Source: Armatimonadota bacterium
GTDB taxonomy: Bacteria; Sysuimicrobiota; Sysuimicrobiia; Sysuimicrobiales; Kaftiobacteriaceae
DNA: 32,014 nt
Direction of reading: 5' to 3'
Assembly: GCA_037440005.1 (NCBI GenBank)
Contig: JBBIUY010000034.1
Coordinates: 1-32,014, forward strand
The notes below the pieces were generated by a model that saw nothing but the letters and a program-made list of their open reading frames with translations, was not told the DNA's origin and made no database searches. Position numbers and translations under genes: made by a program. Shown piece by piece: positions 18,522 through 26,269 of this stretch; position 1 is the stretch's first letter, and each line of letters opens with the position of its first letter.

Positions 18522-18537
18522 AGCAAGTTCCATGCCA
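18522..18537 (-). promoter_or_regulatory. sigma54 -24/-12 promoter for propeptide 1 / kinase / receiver
   Basis: TGGCAT-GGAAC-TTGCT, 48 nt upstream of ATG 18473. Confidence 0.85.
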
Positions 18538-18641
18538 CGGACAGGCCGTCTACAATTTTTCGGGACGGCCAAATCGAATCTTCCACCACTCTCTATGCCC
18601 TGGCATGCCCTGGCCGGGGCGGGATCGGCGGGGAAAACGCA

Positions 18642-18669
18642 CGGCGGGGGGAGAGTCTTCCCCCCGCCG
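18642..18669 (-). terminator. Probable intrinsic terminator after propeptide 2
   Basis: 11-bp GC stem CGGCGGGGGGA/TCCCCCCGCCG with a 6-nt loop, followed on the minus strand by TGCGTTTT. Confidence 0.55.
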
Positions 18670-18695
18670 CAGCCTGTCGGACTTTCTGCCGGCGC

Positions 18696-18839
18696 CTACT
18701 CCCAGACGCCGAACGAGTCCACCGACTCCCAGGTGGCGCCTTCCCACGTGGCGCCCTCCCAGGTGGCCCCTCCCCACGACACGGAGGTGCCGACGGCCAT
18801 CAGAAGCAGGAACAGGAGCGCGACAACGGCCTTCTTCAT
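18696..18839 (-). CDS. Secreted propeptide 2, 47 aa: MKKAVVALLFLLLMAVGTSVSWG-(GATWE)x3-SVDSFGVWE
   Basis: Not in the ORF track. GGGGAG SD, ATG 18839, TAG 18696-18698. Classic MKK + h-region; repeats at 18726-18770 differ only synonymously. Confidence 0.9.
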   Translation of the reverse strand: MKKAVVALLFLLLMAVGTSVSWGGATWEGATWEGATWESVDSFGVWE

Positions 18840-18941
18840 GACTCACTCCCCTACGTCTGAGGATAGACGCGGTTCCTCGCCGGATGGGCACGGAGCCCGC
18901 CAAGACACGAGGATCTCCGGTCTCCGGCAGACGGCGCGCTG

Positions 18942-18970
18942 ACTGTAGCACACGAGCCGACCACTGTCAA
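18942..18970 (-). promoter_or_regulatory. sigma70-type promoter for propeptide 2
   Basis: TTGACA-N17-TACAGT on the minus strand, about 100 nt upstream of ATG 18839. Confidence 0.75.
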
Positions 18971-19060
18971 CCACCGGGGCGGCGCCGTCCGTCTCTGTTC
19001 GTACCACCGTTCGCACACCACCCGGTCCTGCGGCGTCGCCTGGGTCTGGTCCACCTTTTC

Positions 19061-19087
19061 TTATCGGCTGCGACCGCCGAGTTCTCA
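19061..19087 (-). promoter_or_regulatory. Possible sigma28 (FliA) promoter facing the propeptide genes
   Basis: Perfect -10 GCCGATAA at 19061-19068; weak -35 TGAG at N15 spacing (consensus TAAA). Confidence 0.45.
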
Positions 19088-19108
19088 AGCTCGTGGACGG
19101 CTGTCCTC

Positions 19109-19124
19109 TGGCACGCCGGTTGCT
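19109..19124 (+). promoter_or_regulatory. sigma54 promoter for flgN/flaG-like genes
   Basis: TGGCAC-GCCGG-TTGCT. Confidence 0.85.
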
Positions 19125-19176
19125 CTCCGCCGTGGGCGGGGAATGCCCCGCCGGGGTGCCCGTGACGAGGTGCGGG

Positions 19177-19536
19177 GTGACCGACCCAGCTGACCGTCTG
19201 CGGTGGATCCTGGAGCAGGAGGTGGCCCTGCACCGGGAACTCGTGCGCCTGGCCCACCTTCGGCACCTGCTGCTGTCCCAGGAGAAGTGCGCGCAGGCCG
19301 CCGAGGTGGCCGCGGCGGAAGCGGCCTGCATCGCGGCCGTGCGGGACCTGGAGCGGTCCCGCAGCCGGCTCTCTGGCTGCGCGGTCGGGGGAGCGGAGAT
19401 GTCCCGGCTGCGGCGGAAAATCGGGATCCTGGTGCGCCGTCTGGCCGCACTCGAGCGCGCGAGCGGGTCGGCCTGGCTCACTCCTGCGGATCCGCCTGTG
19501 GCCTGGCCCGCAGACCAGGCCGCCAGTCTGAACTGA
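19177..19536 (+). CDS. FlgN-like helical chaperone
   Basis: GAGGTG SD and GTG 19177. LRWILEQEVALHRELVRLA...E...IAAVRDLERSR fits the FlgN coiled-coil pattern by eye. Confidence 0.55.
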   Translation: MTDPADRLRWILEQEVALHRELVRLAHLRHLLLSQEKCAQAAEVAAAEAACIAAVRDLERSRSRLSGCAVGGAEMSRLRRKIGILVRRLAALERASGSAWLTPADPPVAWPADQAASLN

Positions 19537-19543
19537 TCGCGCC

Positions 19544-19870
19544 ATGAGACCCGACGCTGTGCCCGCGCTCTCCGACGGTCCGGCCGCTTCCGTGGACCCC
19601 GGGCCGGGCCCGCCGGCGGCCCTGGGGGACCTGATGGAGCGGGCGCGCCGGGCGCTGGCCGGCCGCCTGTCCGGTCCCACCGACACGGCCCTGGCAGCCG
19701 ACGGCCCCTCCGGTGCCGACGGACGCGGGGCCTCCCACGGGCTGGCCGTCGTCCTGGAGGTGGATGAGGCCACCGGCCGGCCTGTCATCCGTGTGTGCGA
19801 CGCGCGCACCGGGCGTCCGGTGCGGGAGGTGTCGCCGGCGGCACTGATGCGCCTGTCCGGTCGCGGGTAA
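19544..19870 (+). CDS. FlaG-like protein
   Basis: LEVDEATGRPVIRVCDARTGRPVREVSP matches the FlaG core (vdeetgr.vvkvvD.eTgevIRqiP). Confidence 0.65.
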   Translation: MRPDAVPALSDGPAASVDPGPGPPAALGDLMERARRALAGRLSGPTDTALAADGPSGADGRGASHGLAVVLEVDEATGRPVIRVCDARTGRPVREVSPAALMRLSGRG

Positions 19871-20036
19871 GGACCGACCACCAGTCCCCGCCGTCGGTGG
19901 ATCCGGCGCGGCATCGGGTGCAGGCGAACCTCAGGGGGGACGCTGCGACGCCCTCCGCGCCGGTCCCCGCGGCGGGGATACCCCGCGCCCGCTCCGGGCG
20001 CCTACCCTCCTCGGGCCCGGGGTATAATGGCCCGGG

Positions 20037-21416
20037 ATGACGGTGTCCCCGGAGCCCCCTCAGCCCCCCGAAATCTCCATCCTCGTCGTGGACGACGAGG
20101 AGCACCTGCGGACGCTGCTGGCCACCATCCTGCGACACGAAGGCTACGCCGTCGAGACGGCCGCCGACGGGGACGAGGGCCTGGCCCGGTTCCGGTCCGG
20201 CCGGTTTGACCTGGTCCTGCTGGACCTCAAGCTGCCCAAGGTGGACGGCATGAGCGTCCTGCGGGCGATGATGGAGCACGACCCCGAGGCCCTGGTCATC
20301 ATCATCACGGCGTATTCCACCATCGACACCGCCATCGAAGCCATCAAGCTGGGCGCCTACCACTACGTGGCCAAGCCCTTCCGGCCCGAGGAGCTCATGA
20401 TCGTGGTCCACAAGGCCCTCGAGCGCGCCCGGCTGCTGCGGCAGAATCGGGCCCTCCAGCAGGAGCTGGCCCGCACCTTCAAGTTCGAGGGCATCGTGGG
20501 CCACTCGCCGCGGATGCGGGAGGTCCTCCGGCTGGCGGCGGCGGTGGCTCCCACCGACGCCACGGTCCTGATCTACGGGGAGACCGGCACCGGCAAAGAG
20601 CTGCTGGCCCGGTCCATCCACGCCCACAGCCCCCGGGCCGCCGGCCCCTTCGTGGTGGTGAACTGCGGGGCCATCCCCGAAACCCTGCTGGAGACCGAGC
20701 TGTTCGGGCACGAGAAGGGCGCCTTTACCAGCGCCGTGAGCAGCCGCATCGGACGGTTCGAACGGGCCCAGGACGGCACCATCTTCCTGGACGAGATCGG
20801 CGACATGAGCCCGGCGATGCAAGTGAAGCTGCTGCGGGTCCTGCAGGAGCGGGTGATCGAGCGGGTGGGGGGCAGCCGCCCCATCGACGTCAACGCCCGG
20901 GTCATCGCCGCCACCAACAAGGACCTGCGCAAGGCCATCGCCGACGGCCAGTTCCGGGAGGACCTGTACTACCGGCTGGCGGTGATGCCGATCGAGCTGC
21001 CCCCCCTGCGGGAGCGCAAGGAGGACATCCAGCCTCTGGCCTACCACTTCCTCACCAAGTACGCCGTGGCCTTCGGCAAGCGCATCAAGGGATTCACCCC
21101 GGCGGCGCTGAAGAAGCTGCGGGACCACCACTGGCCCGGCAACATCCGGGAGCTGGAGTACACCATCCAGCGGGTGGTGATCCTGGCCACCGGCGAGGTG
21201 ATCGGGGCCGACGACATCTGGCTGGACGAGCACCCCCAGCCCGGCGCCCGCTTCCCCCGCGCCCTGTCCCTGGCCGAGGCCGAGCGGCGCCACGTCCACG
21301 CGGTCCTGAAGATGACCGGGTGGAACCTGGAGGAGGCCGCCCGGGTCCTGGAGATCGACCGCACCACCCTGGACCGCAAGATCCGCGAGCACAACCTCAG
21401 CGCCGAAGCCGGCTGA
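20037..21416 (+). CDS. NtrC/AtoC-family sigma54-dependent response regulator (REC-AAA+-Fis HTH)
   Basis: Receiver domain, [46 protein letters not shown]-terminal HTH. TATAAT at 20023-20028 just upstream. Confidence 0.96.
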   Translation: MTVSPEPPQPPEISILVVDDEEHLRTLLATILRHEGYAVETAADGDEGLARFRSGRFDLVLLDLKLPKVDGMSVLRAMMEHDPEALVIIITAYSTIDTAIEAIKLGAYHYVAKPFRPEELMIVVHKALERARLLRQNRALQQELARTFKFEGIVGHSPRMREVLRLAAAVAPTDATVLIYGETGTGKELLARSIHAHSPRAAGPFVVVNCGAIPETLLETELFGHEKGAFTSAVSSRIGRFERAQDGTIFLDEIGDMSPAMQVKLLRVLQERVIERVGGSRPIDVNARVIAATNKDLRKAIADGQFREDLYYRLAVMPIELPPLRERKEDIQPLAYHFLTKYAVAFGKRIKGFTPAALKKLRDHHWPGNIRELEYTIQRVVILATGEVIGADDIWLDEHPQPGARFPRALSLAEAERRHVHAVLKMTGWNLEEAARVLEIDRTTLDRKIREHNLSAEAG

Positions 21417-21459
21417 CCCCGCGTCCCCCGGGCGGAGCAGCGGGGGAATCCCGGCTGTC

Positions 21460-21475
21460 TGGCACGAAAATTGCT
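21460..21475 (+). promoter_or_regulatory. sigma54 promoter for the HD-GYP-rpoN operon
   Basis: TGGCAC-GAAAA-TTGCT. Confidence 0.88.
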
Positions 21476-21511
21476 CTAGCATCGCCGGGCCGGGACGGGC
21501 GGAGGTCGGCC

Positions 21512-22972
21512 GTGGACACGCAGCAGGCCAGCATCCTGGTGGTGGACGACGAGGACGCGGTGCGGGACCTGTGCAGCCGCATCCTGGGCCGCACGTACCG
21601 CGTCCGCGCCGTCGCCCACGGGCCGGCGGCGGTGGAGGCCGCCCGGGCGGACCCGCCCGACCTGCTGCTCTCCGACATCCGCATGCCGGGCATGAGCGGG
21701 CTGGAGGCGGCCCGGCGGATCGTCGCCGAGAACCCGGAGGTCTCGGTGGTGGTCATGACCGGCGTCAGCGAGTTCGACAGCCTGCTGGAGACGGTCAAGC
21801 TGGGCGTCAACGGCTTTCTGATGAAGCCGTTCACCCCCGACGACCTGCGCAAGGTGGTCGCCGAGGGCCTGCGCAAGGGACTGTACTCCCGGCGCAACGC
21901 GCGCCTGCGGGCCCTGCAGCCCCTTCTGGACCTCCGCAGCGCCCGGCCGGGGGACGTGGAGCCGGCGCGCCTGTGCCAGGTCATCACCGAGACCGTCCTG
22001 CACGAGCTGGCCGCCGACACCGTCTCCCTGGTGTGCCTGGAGGACGGCGGGGCGGGGGTTCTGGTCACCACCTCCACCGCCGGTCCCGCGGGCCCGACCA
22101 CCACCCAGGGCGCCGGCGCCGCCTCCTCGGCGGTGCGCCTGTCGGCCGACGACCTGCTGGCGTCTGCGGCGGCGGAGCCCGCCGACGACGGCCGCACCCT
22201 CTCGGCGCCCCTGCAGGCGGGCGGCAGCGTGGTGGGCATCCTCACCGCCTCCCGGGCCGGCGAGCCCTTCAGCGGCGTGGACCGGGACGTGCTGCGGGTC
22301 ATCGCGGCCCAGGGGGCCATCGCCATCGAGAACATCCGGCTGTTCCACCGGCTGCGCCAGTCGTATTGGAAGACCGTCTACGCCCTGGCCGCCACCGTGG
22401 ACCTGCGGGACCAGCCCACCCGCGGCCACTCGGACCGGCTCGCCGGCTACGCGGTGGCCATCGGGACGCGGTTGGGACTGAGCCCCGACCGGTTGGAGGA
22501 CCTGAAGATCGCCGCGCTGCTCCACGACATCGGCAAGATCGGCATCGGCGACGGCATCCTGCGCAAGCCTACGGACCTCACGCCGGAGGAATATGACTGG
22601 ATGAAGACCCACACGCTGATGGGCGCCAAGATCCTGGCCATGGCCGACTTTCCGCCGCGGGTGGTGGAGGCGGTGCTGTTCCACCACGAGCGGTTCGACG
22701 GCACCGGCTACCCGCTGGGGCTGCGGGGGGACCAGATCCCCCTGGAGGCCCGGATCCTGGCCGGCGCCGACGCCCTGGAGAGCATGACCAGCACCCGCGC
22801 CTACCGGGCCGCCCTGCCGCTGGCCCAGGCGCTGGCGGAGCTGGAGCGCGGCCGGGGCACCCAGTTCGACCCGCAGGTGCTGGACGCGCTGCTGGCCTGC
22901 CTGCGGGCGGGCGACCTGGCTCCCCTGACGCTTCCCGACGGGGTCGGGGCGGCCGGGGAGAGGGGGGTGTAG
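21512..22972 (+). CDS. Receiver-GAF-HD-GYP cyclic-di-GMP phosphodiesterase
   Basis: GGAGG SD and GTG 21512. Receiver domain, GAF-like middle, GHSDR, LLHDIGKIG, HHERFDGTGYP. Confidence 0.92.
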   Translation: MDTQQASILVVDDEDAVRDLCSRILGRTYRVRAVAHGPAAVEAARADPPDLLLSDIRMPGMSGLEAARRIVAENPEVSVVVMTGVSEFDSLLETVKLGVNGFLMKPFTPDDLRKVVAEGLRKGLYSRRNARLRALQPLLDLRSARPGDVEPARLCQVITETVLHELAADTVSLVCLEDGGAGVLVTTSTAGPAGPTTTQGAGAASSAVRLSADDLLASAAAEPADDGRTLSAPLQAGGSVVGILTASRAGEPFSGVDRDVLRVIAAQGAIAIENIRLFHRLRQSYWKTVYALAATVDLRDQPTRGHSDRLAGYAVAIGTRLGLSPDRLEDLKIAALLHDIGKIGIGDGILRKPTDLTPEEYDWMKTHTLMGAKILAMADFPPRVVEAVLFHHERFDGTGYPLGLRGDQIPLEARILAGADALESMTSTRAYRAALPLAQALAELERGRGTQFDPQVLDALLACLRAGDLAPLTLPDGVGAAGERGV

Positions 22973-22973
22973 G

Positions 22974-24335
22974 GTGGCCGCCGAGCCCCGCCTGCAGGCC
23001 GCCGTCGGCGTCAAACCGGCGCTGCACCAGCGCATGGTGCCCAAGCTCATGCTGGTCAACTCCCTGCTGGTGCTGCCCATCCACCAGCTGCTGGCGCGCA
23101 TCGAGCAGGAGTTGAGCGAAAATCCCGCCCTGGAGCTGGACGAGGCCGCGCCCGCCGACCCGCCCGATCCCTACGAGACCGGCCCCTCGCTGACCGACTG
23201 GACCCCCGACGAGGGGGAGGAGGACCCCTTTGCCCGGGTGGCGGCGCCGGTGTCCCTGCAGGAGCACCTGCTGACGGTCCTGCAGGCCCAGGGGTTGTCG
23301 GCGCGGGATCACGCCATCGGCGAGCGGCTGATCGGCTACATCAACGACCAGGGCTACCTGGAGGCCACCCCGGCACAGGTGGCCCAGGAGCTGAACGTCG
23401 AGGTGGAGGAGGTGGAGGCCGTCCTGGCCCGCATCCAGCGCTTCGAGCCCGTGGGGGTGGGGGCCCGCAGCGTGGAGGAGTGCCTGCTGCTGCAGCTGCG
23501 GGTCCAGGAGCCGTCGGCGGCCAACCGGCTGGCCCAGCAGGTCGTCGCCTCCCACCTGGCCGACCTGGCCGCCCGCCGCTTCGAGAAGATCGCCCGGGAG
23601 CTGGGGGTGACCGTGGCCCAGGTGCGGCAGGCGCACGAGCTGGTGCGGTCCACCTGCTACCCCTACCCCGGCGAGCGGTTCCGCAGCGAGCAGGACGGCG
23701 GCCGCACCCGCCCGGCGGAGGTGGCCCGCCCCGACGTGATCATCCGGCGGACCGAGGACGGCTACGCGGTGGAGCTGGTGCGCCAGGACGCCTTCGCCCT
23801 GCGGGTGAACGCCTTCTACGAGGACCTGCGCCGCCGGATGCGGCGGGCGTCGGCGGCCTACTCGGAGCGCTCCCGGGAGCACGTGCGGGATTATGTGACC
23901 AGGGCCAAACTGTTCATCGAGGCCCTCCAGCGCCGCAACTGGACGTTCGCCACCATCGTGCAGGCCATCGTGCGCGCCCAGTGGGAGTTCCTGGAGCGCG
24001 GGCCCGGGCACCTGCGGCCCCTCACCAAGGCGATGGTGGCGGCGGAGCTGGGCATCAGCGAGTCCACCGTCAGCCGGGCGCTGGACGGCAAGTTCGCCCA
24101 GCTCCCCGACGGGCGGGTGGTCAGCTTCGACGTGTTCTTCGACCAGTCGCTGCCCGTCAAGGAGCGCATCCGGAGCCTGATCGCCGCCGAGACGCGCCCG
24201 CTGACCGACGAGGAGATCGCCCGCCGCCTGACGGCCGAGGGGATCCGGATCGCCCGGCGCACGGTGACCAAGTACCGCGAGGAGATGCACATCCCGCCGT
24301 CAACCGCCCGGGGCCACCTGGCCCGCAGCCGCTGA
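22974..24335 (+). CDS. rpoN: RNA polymerase sigma-54 factor
   Basis: IEQELSENPALE, INDQGYL, EPVGVGARSVEECLLLQL, LRPLT, SESTVSRA, RpoN box ARRTVTKYRE. Confidence 0.96.
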   Translation: MAAEPRLQAAVGVKPALHQRMVPKLMLVNSLLVLPIHQLLARIEQELSENPALELDEAAPADPPDPYETGPSLTDWTPDEGEEDPFARVAAPVSLQEHLLTVLQAQGLSARDHAIGERLIGYINDQGYLEATPAQVAQELNVEVEEVEAVLARIQRFEPVGVGARSVEECLLLQLRVQEPSAANRLAQQVVASHLADLAARRFEKIARELGVTVAQVRQAHELVRSTCYPYPGERFRSEQDGGRTRPAEVARPDVIIRRTEDGYAVELVRQDAFALRVNAFYEDLRRRMRRASAAYSERSREHVRDYVTRAKLFIEALQRRNWTFATIVQAIVRAQWEFLERGPGHLRPLTKAMVAAELGISESTVSRALDGKFAQLPDGRVVSFDVFFDQSLPVKERIRSLIAAETRPLTDEEIARRLTAEGIRIARRTVTKYREEMHIPPSTARGHLARSR

Positions 24336-24350
24336 CCGCCCTCCCGTCGT

Positions 24351-24366
24351 CGGCACGCACCTTGCT
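24351..24366 (+). promoter_or_regulatory. sigma54 promoter for the GAF-GGDEF / fliA / roadblock operon
   Basis: CGGCAC-GCACC-TTGCT. Confidence 0.75.
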
Positions 24367-24423
24367 CTGGGTTCTCTCCGGGACGCGGGGCCGATCCGCC
24401 CCGTCCCGGAGGAGCGTGCCAGG

Positions 24424-25449
24424 ATGGCTGGACGTCGTCGCGGGACCATGCGGGAGACACCCGTCCGGCGGGCGGCGGCCCCGTCCGCCCCGACCGCGGC
24501 CGGGGACGGCCGGCGCGACGGGGATCTGGCCGTCCAGGCCCTGGAGATGACGGTGCGGCTGGAGTGCGCCCGGCTGGCGGAGGAAGAGCTGCCGCTGGGC
24601 GCCGGGTACCACCGGTTCCTGGACCTGGTGGGCCGCGCCGTGCCCTTCGACCACGGCACCCTGTACGTGGCCGAGTGGGGGAGCGGGCGCCTGCGGGCCG
24701 TGGCCGTGCGCGGCACCCGGGTGGAGCTGGCGCAGCAGGTGCGGTTCGCCCGCGGCCCCGGCCTGTCGGGGTGGGTGGCCCAGGAAGGGCGGCCGGTGGT
24801 GATTCCCTCCCCGCAGGCCGCCGGCGCCCCCTCGCCTTTCGGCGACGAAGCGCTGCGGGCGTTTCTGGCGTTTCCCCTGGTCTGGGAGGGCGTGGTGACC
24901 GGCGTGGTGGCCCTGGCCCGCACCGACCGCACCTTTTCCGACGAGGAGTTCGCCCGGCTGGGACGTCTGGCGGAGGTGCTCGGGCAGACCCTGGCGCGCC
25001 TGCGCCGTCAGGCGCGGATCCGGGAACTGCTGTACCTGGACCCCCGCACGGGCCTGTCCAACCGGTACCACTTCCTGGCCCGGGTGGAGGAGGAGGCCCA
25101 CCGGGCGCGCACCCGCGCCACCCAGTTCGCGGTGGCCGTGCTGGACGTGGATCCCGGCGACGGGCAGGACCGGGCCGGCCGGTTGCAGGCGTTCTGCCGG
25201 TGGGTCCAGGACGCCGTCCGGTCGTGCGACGTCGTCGCCCGCCTGGACGAGGGGCGGTTCAGCCTGCTGCTGGCCGGCATCGGAGAGGGGCGGGCGGCGG
25301 CCATCGTGCGGCGGATCGCCCGCCGGGCCCTGGAGGAGGTGGTCGGTCCGAGCGGCCGGCTGCGGGTGGGAGTGGCCTCCGGCGACGGCGCGTCCACCCC
25401 GGACGACCTGCTCTCCCGGGCGGAGCGGGCGCTGGCCGAGGTGACGTAG
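24424..25449 (+). CDS. GAF + degenerate GGDEF-domain protein (start could be 24448)
   Basis: GAF (GPGLSGWVAQEGRPV, FLAFPL), DPRTGLSNR, LDVD, RSCD-VVARL-DEGRF in place of RxxD-x5-GGDEF. Confidence 0.85.
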   Translation: MAGRRRGTMRETPVRRAAAPSAPTAAGDGRRDGDLAVQALEMTVRLECARLAEEELPLGAGYHRFLDLVGRAVPFDHGTLYVAEWGSGRLRAVAVRGTRVELAQQVRFARGPGLSGWVAQEGRPVVIPSPQAAGAPSPFGDEALRAFLAFPLVWEGVVTGVVALARTDRTFSDEEFARLGRLAEVLGQTLARLRRQARIRELLYLDPRTGLSNRYHFLARVEEEAHRARTRATQFAVAVLDVDPGDGQDRAGRLQAFCRWVQDAVRSCDVVARLDEGRFSLLLAGIGEGRAAAIVRRIARRALEEVVGPSGRLRVGVASGDGASTPDDLLSRAERALAEVT

Positions 25450-26244
25450 GTGGCCGCCGACGCGAAGACCTCCGACCTGTGGGCCCGGTTCCGGGACGAC
25501 CGGTCCCCGGCCGCGCGGGAGCGCCTGGCGCTGGCCTACCTGCCCCTGGTGCGGGCCCAGGCCCGCCAGATGGCCGCCCGGGTGCCGGCGTCGGTGAAGA
25601 GCGAGGACCTGGAAGGCTACGGGATGATCGGCCTGCTGGAGGCCATCGACCGCTTCGACCCCGACCGGGGCATCCCGTTTGAGGCGTTTGCCCGCCTGCG
25701 CATCCGCGGGGCGATGTACGACTACCTGCGCACCCTGGACCTGCTGCCTCGGGTGGCCCGCCGCCACGTCCACCGCCTGCAGGCGCAGGCGCGGGCGCTG
25801 GCCCGCTCGTTGGGACGCGTTCCCACCGACCGGGAGCTGGTCGCCGCCACGGGGTGGGAGGCGGCGTCGGTGGAGCGCGCCCGGGCGGACGCGGCCGCCG
25901 CCCAGGTGCTGTCCCTGGACGAGATCGCCTCCTCCGACCGCCTGCCCGAGGGGCTGACCCGGGACGCGGGGGGCGACGCCCTCGCCCACCTGGAGCGGCA
26001 GGAGAGGGACCAGGCCCTGTGGCGCGCCATCCAGGCGCTGCCGGCGCGGCACAAGCTGGTGGTGGGCCTGTACTACTGCGAGGGTCTCACGCTGGGCGAG
26101 ATCGGCCGCGTGCTGGGGGTGACCGAGTCCCGGGTCAGCCAGATGCGCGGGGAAGCGCTGAGCATGCTGCGGACGCACCTGGCGCTGCGGTCGTGGCTGG
26201 ACGGCGACCCCGGATCTCGTCCCCGGCGCCCGGTGGTGGCCTGA
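25450..26244 (+). CDS. fliA: FliA/WhiG-family sigma factor (sigma28)
   Basis: YLPLVR, EDLEGYGMIGLLEAIDRFDPDRG..FE.FA..RIRGAMYDYLR..D, LYYCEGLTLGEIGRVLGVTESRVSQ. Confidence 0.92.
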   Translation: MAADAKTSDLWARFRDDRSPAARERLALAYLPLVRAQARQMAARVPASVKSEDLEGYGMIGLLEAIDRFDPDRGIPFEAFARLRIRGAMYDYLRTLDLLPRVARRHVHRLQAQARALARSLGRVPTDRELVAATGWEAASVERARADAAAAQVLSLDEIASSDRLPEGLTRDAGGDALAHLERQERDQALWRAIQALPARHKLVVGLYYCEGLTLGEIGRVLGVTESRVSQMRGEALSMLRTHLALRSWLDGDPGSRPRRPVVA

Positions 26245-26269
26245 CCGGGTTTGCGCGCCCGACTGTCTT

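Noticed and set aside
18474..18572. N-terminal extension of the track's 82-aa ORF 18324..18572
   Set aside because: It overlaps the sigma54 promoter; the SD and paralog alignment support ATG 18473.
18354..18770. 15-bp tandem repeats as a CRISPR array or non-coding VNTR
   Set aside because: No spacers and no cas genes; variation is confined to synonymous positions of GATWE in ORFs with an SD and signal peptide.
12966..18839. Repeat peptides as RiPP precursors
   Set aside because: No radical SAM, YcaO, lanthipeptide, ATP-grasp, prenyltransferase or peptidase-transporter gene in the window; the neighbours are receptors. Modification in trans cannot be excluded.
18851..19054. 67-aa ORF upstream of propeptide 2
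   Set aside because: No recognisable motif or SD, and it spans the sigma70 promoter; not listed as a gene.
24424..25449. Active diguanylate cyclase
   Set aside because: The GG(D/E)EF signature is replaced by DEGRF and the substrate-binding segment is missing.
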